In this document: positions 17,916 through 26,385 of the stretch, in pieces | Layout: every line of letters starts with the position of its first letter | Numbering within the stretch: the first letter of the stretch is position 1 | Source of the DNA: Pyrinomonadaceae bacterium | GTDB lineage: Bacteria > Acidobacteriota > Blastocatellia > Pyrinomonadales > Pyrinomonadaceae | DNA length: 48,941 bases | Assembly (NCBI GenBank): GCA_051002255.1 | Contig: JBPCMM010000229.1 | Coordinates: 1 to 48,941, forward strand | Reading direction: 5' to 3' | Position numbers and translations under genes: made by a program | The notes under the pieces: model-generated | What the model saw: the letters and a program-made list of their open reading frames with translations, nothing else | Told to the model about the DNA's origin: nothing | Databases searched by the model: none

Positions 17916-19652
17916 TTGTCGACAATGACCTCGAGACGCGCACTCCTGAGAAATGGATTCAACGCCGGAGTAGGCTTACTCGTTTTCGGTCAATTGCCCG
18001 GCATAGGGCGGCCCCTCCTGGTTGCCTCCGCGAATTCTCAACGTGCCCTCGAGCGGTTTCAACCCGCCTACAAGCGCCTCGACGCATTTATAGCCCAACA
18101 CATGCACGACACCGGGGCACCGGGAATGACAGTCGCTCTCGCAGATCGCAATGGGCTGCTAAGCACGTCTCAGTATGGTTTTGCGGATCTAAAATCGGGA
18201 GTAAAGGTGGGCCCGCAGACATTGTTTGAGATCGGATCGATCTCTAAATCATTTGTGGCTATCGCGGTCTTGAGCCTGGCAGATGAAGGAAAGATCGATC
18301 TGCATAAACCCGTCATCGAATACCTCCCCTGGCTGAAAGTCGAATCCAAACACGCGCCGTTTACGACGCATCATCTGCTGACCCACACGGCGGGCCTTTC
18401 CGCAGTGTCACTGCTGATGCGCGTTGCCGCAACCACGCTTACGGCCGGCTGGGAGCCAGGATCCCGCTTTCTTTATTCAAACGTCGGATACGTGCTGCTG
18501 GGTTTTATACTGGAAGCGATCGACAGACGCCCCTTCCCGGAAGTGTTGCACAAGCGCGTTCTTGAACTGCTGGGAATGACTACCAGTGCGCCGGTGATTA
18601 CTAACGCGATCAAGGAGAGACTGGCCATTGGCTATGGTCCTCTGCACGAAGATCGACCTTTTCCGCTTCGAGGTAAGATCGCTGAGGCGCCCTGGTTGGA
18701 AGTCCCCGAAGCTGCAGGCAGTGTGGCGGCAACTGCCGGCGACATGGTTGCATATATGCAAATGCTGCTGAATCGGGGCATGGGCCCTCGGGGCCGGGTG
18801 ATCTCGGAAAAGAGTTTTCAGCTATTGGTCAAACCCGCCATCAAAGCACCTTTTCGCGGGGAAGATGCGAGCTATGGTTATGGACTCTGGACCAGCGATG
18901 TAGGCAACCGCACGCTCGTACGCCACACAGGCGGTATGGTGGCGTTCAGTTCGGCGATGTATGCCGACCTGACTGACGGCTTCGCGGCCTTCGCGTCCGT
19001 GAACGCCAACTTGCGCGGGTACCGCCCGGTGGCAGTCACCCGGTACGCTCTCGATCTGTTGCATGCAGCTTCCCGCAATCAGAAGTTGCCCGCCCTCCCA
19101 GCCCGACAACCCTCTCCCGAGAGCATCAAGAATGCAGCCGACTATGGCGGCACCTTCACTGCACCCGACGGGAAGAAGCTCGTGCTGATTGCTCAAGGCG
19201 AGAAGCTGATACTGCAGCACGGCGGCCAGCGTATAGTGCTGGAACAAGCGGGCCGAGATCGTTTCATCGTCAAGCACCCTGATTACGATCTGTTCAACTT
19301 GAGCTTTGGGCGCGATAAAGACGTAGTGGTTGAAGCATTCCACGGCGCGGATTGGTGGACAAACGAACGCTACTCGGGACCGAAGTTCTTCGAGTATCCC
19401 AAAGAATGGGACAGTCTCACGGGACGCTACCGATCGGATAGTCCATGGTATGGAAGCTCCCGCTTGTTTGTTCGCAAAGGGCGGCTAATACTCGATGACC
19501 AGCAGTTTCTGATTTCCCTAGAGCCAGGAGTCTTTCGGCCACAAGGAGACATCAATGCGGCTGAACGCATTACCTTCGACAAGGTAGTAAATGGCAAGGC
19601 GACGCACTTAAACTTCTCGGGCATCGATTTTTATCGCACCTTCACGCCGTAG
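17916..19652 (+). CDS. Serine hydrolase of the beta-lactamase/transpeptidase-like family, with a twin-arginine signal and a C-terminal extra domain
   Basis: 578 aa. The N-terminus M(ST)MTSRRALLRNGFNAGVGLLVFG is Tat-like. Catalytic motifs are S-x-x-K (GSISKSF) and Y-x-N (LYSNVGY). The start is TTG 17916 or ATG 17925. Confidence 0.85.
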   Translation: MSTMTSRRALLRNGFNAGVGLLVFGQLPGIGRPLLVASANSQRALERFQPAYKRLDAFIAQHMHDTGAPGMTVALADRNGLLSTSQYGFADLKSGVKVGPQTLFEIGSISKSFVAIAVLSLADEGKIDLHKPVIEYLPWLKVESKHAPFTTHHLLTHTAGLSAVSLLMRVAATTLTAGWEPGSRFLYSNVGYVLLGFILEAIDRRPFPEVLHKRVLELLGMTTSAPVITNAIKERLAIGYGPLHEDRPFPLRGKIAEAPWLEVPEAAGSVAATAGDMVAYMQMLLNRGMGPRGRVISEKSFQLLVKPAIKAPFRGEDASYGYGLWTSDVGNRTLVRHTGGMVAFSSAMYADLTDGFAAFASVNANLRGYRPVAVTRYALDLLHAASRNQKLPALPARQPSPESIKNAADYGGTFTAPDGKKLVLIAQGEKLILQHGGQRIVLEQAGRDRFIVKHPDYDLFNLSFGRDKDVVVEAFHGADWWTNERYSGPKFFEYPKEWDSLTGRYRSDSPWYGSSRLFVRKGRLILDDQQFLISLEPGVFRPQGDINAAERITFDKVVNGKATHLNFSGIDFYRTFTP

Positions 19653-19670
19653 ATTGGCAACTAGGATTTA

Positions 19671-19699
19671 GCCGCGGATTCACGCGAATAAACGCGGAT
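19671..19699. repeat. Three tandem roughly 10-bp CGCGRAT units abutting a start codon
   Basis: The units are gccgcggatt cacgcgaata aacgcggat, followed directly by ATG 19700. The preceding ggatttagcc(g)cg matches the outer terminus of family B (27331-27344). Confidence 0.7.
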
Positions 19700-20224
19700 A
19701 TGAACAGCAATCGAGTTAAACAAAACCGCATTCTTTTTTTCATCGTCTCTTCTCTAGTCATGGGAATGGCTGAAGCAGTCCTGGCCAAGCCCTGGCGAGG
19801 TATTGTGCCGCTGCGTTCGAAGCGAGGGCATGTGCGAAGAGTTCTCGGTAAGCCAATCATTGGAGGCGCCGGTGCGATTGAGCTTTACGAGAAGCAGGAA
19901 GGACGCATACAGGTGATGTACGCGCGCAAACCCTGCGAGCAGGGACTTCCCGCCGACTGGGGCAATTGGAAGGTTGCGCGAGGTACGGTCGTAAATATCA
20001 GCATCACTTTGCGCGAAGAGATCCCGGTTGCGAACCTGAAGGTAAGAAACATCGAAAAGTATAAGTGGTACACTGGCGATTCCGGGGCAACTTACTATCA
20101 CGACACGCGCAGCGGTATCGAGTATCAGGTTCAAGATGGTATGGTCACGGCAATCGCCTATGGACCCTCCATCAGAAACCGTGCTCTTCGCTGTCGCAAA
20201 GATGTTCCTCTGATACGATATTGA
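19700..20224 (+). CDS. Exported hypothetical protein
   Basis: 174 aa. A basic N-terminus is followed by the hydrophobic stretch ILFFIVSSLVMGMAEAVLA. No family was recognised. Confidence 0.65.
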   Translation: MNSNRVKQNRILFFIVSSLVMGMAEAVLAKPWRGIVPLRSKRGHVRRVLGKPIIGGAGAIELYEKQEGRIQVMYARKPCEQGLPADWGNWKVARGTVVNISITLREEIPVANLKVRNIEKYKWYTGDSGATYYHDTRSGIEYQVQDGMVTAIAYGPSIRNRALRCRKDVPLIRY

Positions 20225-20378
20225 TTAACGCCGTCCCGGACGCCGACGCAGACATTTATTTCGCAAGAGCGGCGACAGGGTCCGCCTTCCCTGACCTACA
20301 AATGAGCCGGCTTAAGCCATACTTTTTGGGATTGGGTCTGTGCTTGATCAGTAGGCTATATGAAATGGAGAACCAAGT

Positions 20379-21398
20379 ATGAGCAGTCCTGGTCTACAAC
20401 AACCAACACCACAACTATTCTTTCAAACGGCGAACGCGTACCAACGGACAGAGGGTTTGAAGGCCGCCATCGAGTTGGAAGTCTTTACGGCGATCAGCGA
20501 AGGCAAAACGACCGCTATCGAGATTGCCGAGCGGAGCAACGCGTCTGAGCGTGGCATTAGAATTCTTTGCGATTTTCTCTGTGTCCTGGGGTTTCTAACC
20601 AAGGACGGCGGGAGCTACAAGCTTACCCCGGAGTCGGCACTCTTTCTGGACAAGCGTTCACCGGCCTACCTCGGCGGTAGTCTTGAGTTTCTGCTCTCAC
20701 CGATGCTCACGGATGGCTTCAAGGATCTTGCCGGGGCCGTTCGAAAGGGTGGAACAGTTGCTTCGGTAGAAGGGACGATTGCGCCGGAGCATCCAATCTG
20801 GGTCAAGTTCGCTCGCGCAATGACGGGCATGATGACTATGCCGGCACAGTTGATGGCTAATCTCGTAGATGAGAGGGCCGATCGAAAGTTGAGGGTCCTG
20901 GATATTGCCGCGGGTCATGGCCTTTATGGTATTGCGTTCGCTAATAAGAATCCGCATACCGAAGTCGTCGCGGTCGACTGGCCAAGTGTGCTTGAGGTGG
21001 CCAGGGAGAACGCCGTCAAGGCTGGTATCGCCGACCGTTACCAAACCATCCCAGGCAGTGCGTTTGATGTTGTTTACGGCACGGGATATGACCTCGTGCT
21101 GGTAACCAACTTTCTGCACCATTTCGATCCGCCAACTTGCGAAACGCTCTTGCGGAAGGTTCACGCGGCCCTGGCGAACGATGGGCGCGCCGTGATACTG
21201 GAGTTTGTGCCCAACGACGATCGCATATCACCACCGGAAACCGCGGCATTCAGCATAGTGATGCTTGGTAGCACACCTGCTGGTGACGCTTATACATTTT
21301 CGGAACTGGAGCAAATGTGTAGTGCGGCCGGTTTTGCGCACAGCGAGATTCATCAGCTTCCACCCTCAATTCAGCAAGTGATCATCGCCCATAAATGA
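20379..21398 (+). CDS. Class I SAM-dependent O-methyltransferase (Methyltransf_2 type with N-terminal dimerisation/winged-helix domain)
   Basis: 339 aa. SAM motif I is VLDIAAGHGLYG. Motif DWPSV and the acidic loop are present. The overall layout matches plant or bacterial small-molecule O-methyltransferases. Confidence 0.85.
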   Translation: MSSPGLQQPTPQLFFQTANAYQRTEGLKAAIELEVFTAISEGKTTAIEIAERSNASERGIRILCDFLCVLGFLTKDGGSYKLTPESALFLDKRSPAYLGGSLEFLLSPMLTDGFKDLAGAVRKGGTVASVEGTIAPEHPIWVKFARAMTGMMTMPAQLMANLVDERADRKLRVLDIAAGHGLYGIAFANKNPHTEVVAVDWPSVLEVARENAVKAGIADRYQTIPGSAFDVVYGTGYDLVLVTNFLHHFDPPTCETLLRKVHAALANDGRAVILEFVPNDDRISPPETAAFSIVMLGSTPAGDAYTFSELEQMCSAAGFAHSEIHQLPPSIQQVIIAHK

Positions 21399-21409
21399 GG
21401 ATCGCGTTA

Positions 21410-21580
21410 GGCAGTAGCCAGACTATTCAAGGAGAGTTCATTTCCAACTTCCATTTCTCATTGGCTGAGAAACGCATCGGCGTCTCCATTTTGTAGGCGG
21501 CGATGGTGTCTTTGTAGGCGGCGATGGTGTCAAACGACTGAAATGGAAATGAACCCTCCTCATCAGGCGACTATTGCCCC
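21410..21580. repeat. Family K inverted repeat enclosing a perfect 21-bp tandem duplication
   Basis: The arm cores aggagagttcatttcca (21430-21446) and tggaaatgaaccctcct (21544-21560) pair, with weaker extension out to 21410 and 21580. tttgtaggcggcgatggtgtc occurs twice in tandem (21490-21510 and 21511-21531). Confidence 0.85.
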
Positions 21581-22017
21581 TACGATTCCAGGAATGGCTC
21601 GCTCATCATCTCTCGTGTGAGCGAACTCTCGGCGGGATAGGTGGATGCTGGCGGGGAGGATAACAATCGGGCGACAGTTTCCAGCAACTCGCTACCGCGG
21701 AAGGGCTTTGAGAGATAGGCATTGAATCCGGCTCGAAGGGCGCGATCGTAGTCAGCGTCACCATGAGCGGTTACGGCTATGCAAAGTATTGAAGCCGTAA
21801 GTTCGTCATTTCTCAACTGGCGAACCATTTCCCAGCCATCGAGGACGGGCATCGATAGATCGACCATAATCAAGTCCGGTCTCATCTGCCTCGCCAGCAT
21901 CAAGCATTCTGCTCCATTTCTAGCTTCGATCACCTGATAATCAGCCGCGACCAGCAAGAGGCGCAGGAGTTCCAGATTGTCCTCGTAATCGTCAGCAATG
22001 AGAATATTAGCTGCCAT
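21580..22017 (-). CDS. Single-domain response regulator (CheY-like receiver)
   Basis: 145 aa with N-terminal acidic residues (IADDYEDN), the phospho-acceptor context DLIMVDLSMPVLDG, and T/K motifs (AVTAH, LSKPF). It has no output domain and no adjacent kinase. Confidence 0.9.
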   Translation of the reverse strand: MAANILIADDYEDNLELLRLLLVAADYQVIEARNGAECLMLARQMRPDLIMVDLSMPVLDGWEMVRQLRNDELTASILCIAVTAHGDADYDRALRAGFNAYLSKPFRGSELLETVARLLSSPPASTYPAESSLTREMMSEPFLES

Positions 22018-22143
22018 GAGTCTCAGCGAGGGTTGCCCGCGATTGCCTGCAGCGACTTATAACTTAGCCTTCGAAGGGGAGTCAAATGGCCCTCACGCAA
22101 CGGTAGTGTCATATTTTTTGACCCTACTCACCCAAACCGTTTC

Positions 22144-22173
22144 TTGACTCGCTGAATCTTGAACGTCCATAAT
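22144..22173 (+). promoter_or_regulatory. Candidate sigma-70 promoter
   Basis: TTGACT (22144-22149), 18 nt, then CATAAT (22168-22173). It lies about 110 nt upstream of GTG 22285. Confidence 0.35.
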
Positions 22174-22284
22174 TACTTAAGAGACCTTCCGCCCTGCGAG
22201 TCTCTCAGGGACTAGAGATAACTAAGGGCCTTACCCAAGAACCTGGGTTCATCCCAACGACGCACCAACGGAGGAAATGAAACT

Positions 22285-23709
22285 GTGGTCAGCGGACAAC
22301 TGGAAGAAAGCTTGCGCCATGAGATTGAAAGTTATATCGAGGGGCGCCTGAGCGGAGTCAGGCAGGAGATTTCTGGACTCCAGAGCCAGCTCAATGAATC
22401 TCTCACGAGGCTGCTCGATCGCCAGAGCGAAGTTCAATTGGATGGATCCGTGGCGGCTTCCATTCTCGAGCATCTCAGGGCTGCGCATGAAGCGGGGATA
22501 GATCTCGCTGCCTCGGAATCCTCGCGGGCTAAAGCATCAAGCGACATGGCCATCGTCAAAGCAGCCGTTTCAGAGATCGGCGAGCAATCCGCACAGGCAG
22601 ATGTACTCAAGACTTTGGTTAACCGAGCGGCGTCGTTCGCGCCGCGGGTCGCTTTTTTTGCGATCAAAGGTGAGGACGCCATTGGCTGGCGTGGACGCGG
22701 ATTTCAAGGCACAGTCGGCGACAGCACTATTCAACGGATCTCCGTCCCAGTCTCCGCCGACAGCATCATCGGCGATGTGGCCAGATCGCGAACAACCTGG
22801 AGTGGTGGTCCCCATTCTCATTCCGAGGATCATATGATTCTCAATAGACTGGGCGAAGAACCGCCGCAAAGAATAGTCTCGATCCCGCTTACTGTGCGCA
22901 ACCGAACGGTAGCAGTGCTTTATGCCGACTCTGCCGGATTGGATTCTGAAGCCATTAACCTCGAAGCGCTCGAGACCCTAGTGAAAGTTTCGGGAATGGC
23001 CGTGGAGCTGCTGGCTGGTCAGGCTCCAGCGAAGCAACCGGCACCTGAGCCCGCACCCGCTGCGGAGGCACCGCTTCCGGAACCACTCGCACCGGCTTAT
23101 GTGCCCGAGCTTGAATATGGGGAACCGGCTCACGGCGTTACATTGGAGGCGGCTGCGCCTCAGCCATACGAGGTGGCGGCTGAGCCTTACGTCCCGGAAG
23201 CGCCCCAGGCCACGGAAGAGCCGCCGGCGCACTTCGAGACGCCTGCCCCCCAATACGAGTCGCCACAATTCGAAACGCCCTCGGCGCGAACCGGGACGCA
23301 CGCCCAACTTGATCAGGTTACGAGCACGCCACAACCGTCACCACATGCGGCGGTCGCCGAACCAGCTGCCCCCCGCCGACGCTACGGAGCGGAGGTGGAA
23401 CTGCCGGTGGAGGTTGAGAGTGAAGAAGAAAAACGTCTGCACATCGATGCCCAGCGTTTTGCTCGACTGCTGGTTTCCGAGATCAAGCTCTACAACGAGC
23501 AGAAAGTAGCGGACGGTCGCGAACAGAATGATCTCTATGAGCGTTTGCGTGAATATATTGATCGCTCCCGCGAGATGTACGATAAACGGGTGAAACCGGA
23601 AGTGGCGCAGAAGTTCGACTACTTCCATCAGGAGCTGGTTACCACACTTGCAGTGGGTGACGTTGCAAAACTCGGGACTGCGTACCCCGGGGCAACTGTT
23701 TCCGCGTGA
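22285..23709 (+). CDS. Modular hypothetical protein: coiled coil, GAF-like domain, P/E/A-rich linker and a conserved C-terminal helical module
   Basis: 474 aa. GGAGGA lies 9 nt before GTG 22285. The segment RVAFFAIKGEDAIGWRGRGF...VAVLYADS looks GAF-like. A disordered stretch of about 130 aa is rich in P, E and A. The C-terminus reads RFARLLVSEIKLYNEQKV...LYERLREYIDRSREMYDKRV. Confidence 0.7.
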   Translation: MVSGQLEESLRHEIESYIEGRLSGVRQEISGLQSQLNESLTRLLDRQSEVQLDGSVAASILEHLRAAHEAGIDLAASESSRAKASSDMAIVKAAVSEIGEQSAQADVLKTLVNRAASFAPRVAFFAIKGEDAIGWRGRGFQGTVGDSTIQRISVPVSADSIIGDVARSRTTWSGGPHSHSEDHMILNRLGEEPPQRIVSIPLTVRNRTVAVLYADSAGLDSEAINLEALETLVKVSGMAVELLAGQAPAKQPAPEPAPAAEAPLPEPLAPAYVPELEYGEPAHGVTLEAAAPQPYEVAAEPYVPEAPQATEEPPAHFETPAPQYESPQFETPSARTGTHAQLDQVTSTPQPSPHAAVAEPAAPRRRYGAEVELPVEVESEEEKRLHIDAQRFARLLVSEIKLYNEQKVADGREQNDLYERLREYIDRSREMYDKRVKPEVAQKFDYFHQELVTTLAVGDVAKLGTAYPGATVSA

Positions 23710-23801
23710 GGCATCACTAATTTGCGGGCTCAATTGAATCCGTTGTCCCCTCCCCCAAGCTACAAACTTGCAAACGGTAACTCCTGGGAGGAGCACAGAA
23801 G

Positions 23802-26153
23802 TTGGTAAGGGAATTTGGTAAGCATCGACTCATCCTCATTCTAATTGGTCTCGCTGTTGTCGTTGGGGCCTCGCTCCCGACCTTCATGACCGCAAGCTGT
23901 CTGATCCGACAGCAAACCCCCGCCGAAGTCAGAGCTCTCGACAATCTGCGCGCACAGACGCGCGGCGGCACACTGCCGGCCGAGGATGTTGTAGCGCGGA
24001 TAGAGTCAGACTTTCCCAAAACCAAAGCGGCGGGCCTGGCGAGAATGGTACGCGCAAGGATCAGGATTCGGGCGAACGACTATGCGGGGGCCGCCGCGCT
24101 GCTTGATACAAATGTCATTCGTGACTACACCTCGCTCGGTGACTATGCGCTGTTCATGCGCGGCAATGCGCTCGAGCAAACCGGCCGTCTGGCCGAGGCG
24201 CGAATCTCCTATGAACAAGCAGCAAGAGACTATGAATCATCGACTCGCGCTCGGGACGCGAAGTTGCGTGTTGCCGGTCTCGCAATCAAGTCAGGCGAAG
24301 CCCCGGCCGTGCCAAGTCTGCTAAGTGACTTGACCGCCAGGGACGACCCGGCAGCTCTCTTGTTAATCGGCGATACGTACCGAGGGTCAGATAAAATCCG
24401 AGCGCTGGCCGCTTACCGCCGCATCTATTTCTTTGCGCCCTCATCTCCTGAAAGCGCTACAGCCGCAAGCCTCATTTCGCAACTCAATTCGACGCTCTCT
24501 CCGGCGACGGCCGCAGAGGCTCTCGCCCGTGCGGACAAACTCTATGATGTTTATAAGCATAGCGATGCGCTTCAGGCTTACACCGAAGCGTTCGCCAAGT
24601 TTCCCGTTTTAGCTACGCCGAAGAACCAACTACGACGCGGAATCTCCGCTACCAACGCCAAGAAGACCGACGAGGCAGTCGCGGCCTTGAACAACGTCCC
24701 CTCCTCTGCAGGGGATGCGCGCGCCGAAGCTCTCTACTACCTGGCCCAGAACTACGCACGTGGACGTCAGTGGGACCAGGCGCGTACGACTGTGGAAGAG
24801 TTGCGTCGCAGCTTTCCGAATAGTTCCTTTACACCGCGAGCGTTGGTCCTTGTTGGACAAGCAGCGGAAGACGCGAAAAACCTCAGCGACGCCTCGTATT
24901 TTCTGCGGACCGCGGTGAGTTCTGCTCCTGGTTCGGCCGAGGTGGCTCAGGCGCAATTCGATCTTGCATGGCTCGCGCACGAAGCAAAGAACTATCCGGA
25001 ATCTTCCCGGATGTTAACGGAGCACCTTGCCTACTACGTTGACAAAAACAATGACAACCGAGGCCGGGCTGGATATTGGGCGGCGCGTGATTCGGAACGG
25101 GCCGGAAAACTTTTCGAAGCTCGCGCTCTTTACGAGGCAATGCTCGGGCGTTACGACGCAAACTGGTACGGGTATCTCGCCAAACAGCGTCTCGAAGCCA
25201 TGACTCGCGCGGGCAAGGTCCAAGCAAAAACATTAGAGCCCGATTCGGTGGTGGCGCGCGCGGTCGCTAATTTGCAAACGGTAACGGTGGCGGAAGAGAC
25301 AGCCACCCCTGTGGAAGAGAGCCGCATCACGAAGGCCGATCAACTGACAAACATCGGTGTCGACGAGTGGGCGCTCGAAGAGCTTGCACTGGCTTCGGAA
25401 TCGGCGCCAAACAGCCCCAAAGTTAATCTGGCAATTGCTCAAGTCTATCGATCTCAAGAGGAGAACGTACGTGCGCTCAACGCGTTGAGAAAGAGTTTCC
25501 CTGATTACTCGCAAATGAAACCGGAAGAAATGACTCGAGAAGAGTGGGATGTTTTTTATCCGCTCGCTTATTGGGACATCATCGTACAAGAATCGCGCGC
25601 AAAAAATCTCGATCCTTACCAGGTGGCGGGTTTAATACGGCAGGAGACGGTGTTCATTACCATGGCGCGCTCCTCGGCGCGGGCGTACGGCTTGATGCAA
25701 TTGCTCGTTCCTACTGGACAACTGACGGCCAGGAAGTACGGTGTGGACCGATCAATTACCGCCGAGTCTCTCTTTGAGCCGCGGCTGAACATTCAACTGG
25801 GCACGGCGTACCTACGCGACCAGATCGACAAATTTGGGCGTATCGAGTATGTGGCCGCTGCTTACAACGCAGGCCCAATGCGAGCGGTGCAGTGGCGCGC
25901 TTCCTTGCCTGCGGAGATGGACGAATGGGCGGAAGCGGTTCCTTTCAAGGAAACGCGCGGTTACATTCAGGGCATCGTACGCAATCGACTGCAATATGAG
26001 CGGCTCTACGACGCGAATGGGAAGTTTCGCCCCGAGGTGGGCGCGCGGGCGGTGTCGCGAAGACAGGGAGTCCCCCACTCAAGTCCAGCAGTCGAGCCTC
26101 CCGGTTCGACCGTGCGCAGACGCAGAGTTATTGGCAGCGAAGAAGAGGAGTAG
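23802..26153 (+). CDS. Soluble lytic murein transglycosylase (Slt70-like: superhelical N-domain plus SLT domain)
   Basis: 783 aa. GGAGGAG lies 8 nt before TTG 23802, and an N-terminal anchor or signal is present. The SLT catalytic region carries LIRQETVF, AYGLMQLL and AAYNAGP. Confidence 0.88.
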   Translation: MVREFGKHRLILILIGLAVVVGASLPTFMTASCLIRQQTPAEVRALDNLRAQTRGGTLPAEDVVARIESDFPKTKAAGLARMVRARIRIRANDYAGAAALLDTNVIRDYTSLGDYALFMRGNALEQTGRLAEARISYEQAARDYESSTRARDAKLRVAGLAIKSGEAPAVPSLLSDLTARDDPAALLLIGDTYRGSDKIRALAAYRRIYFFAPSSPESATAASLISQLNSTLSPATAAEALARADKLYDVYKHSDALQAYTEAFAKFPVLATPKNQLRRGISATNAKKTDEAVAALNNVPSSAGDARAEALYYLAQNYARGRQWDQARTTVEELRRSFPNSSFTPRALVLVGQAAEDAKNLSDASYFLRTAVSSAPGSAEVAQAQFDLAWLAHEAKNYPESSRMLTEHLAYYVDKNNDNRGRAGYWAARDSERAGKLFEARALYEAMLGRYDANWYGYLAKQRLEAMTRAGKVQAKTLEPDSVVARAVANLQTVTVAEETATPVEESRITKADQLTNIGVDEWALEELALASESAPNSPKVNLAIAQVYRSQEENVRALNALRKSFPDYSQMKPEEMTREEWDVFYPLAYWDIIVQESRAKNLDPYQVAGLIRQETVFITMARSSARAYGLMQLLVPTGQLTARKYGVDRSITAESLFEPRLNIQLGTAYLRDQIDKFGRIEYVAAAYNAGPMRAVQWRASLPAEMDEWAEAVPFKETRGYIQGIVRNRLQYERLYDANGKFRPEVGARAVSRRQGVPHSSPAVEPPGSTVRRRRVIGSEEEE

Positions 26154-26271
26154 ACGTTTCAAGCGTCGTGAGTAGTGGATCGGAAATGGAATTGCAAAGG
26201 TGAATCGTGAACCGCAAATCGTAATGGGTGAAATGGAAATCACTGGAGTGCCATCTCACAGGTGGGAATGC

Positions 26272-26352
26272 CTCGCAGGTTGGGAAGGGTGGTTTAACCC
26301 CGCTCGCCTTGCGATGAAAGTCAGCGGGGGTAAACCACCCTTACTAACCTGC
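26272..26352. repeat. Family A inverted repeat, copy 2 (short-loop hairpin)
   Basis: ctcgcaggttgggaagggtggtttaaccccgct (26272-26304) pairs with agcgggggtaaaccacccttactaacctgc (26323-26352). The loop is 18 nt. Confidence 0.9.
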
Positions 26353-26385
26353 AAATATGGCCCCAGTCGATTTGGATTTCCAGCC

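Noticed and set aside
21440-21579. A minus-strand reading of the family K element (…EEGSFPFQSFDTIAAYKDTIAAYKMETPMRFSANEKWKLEMNSP*) that looks protein-like
   Set aside because: The frame opens at a TAG immediately after the response-regulator stop and has no plausible start. The apparent internal repeat (DTIAAYK twice) is simply the 21-bp tandem duplication. The symmetric ends are the translated inverted repeat.
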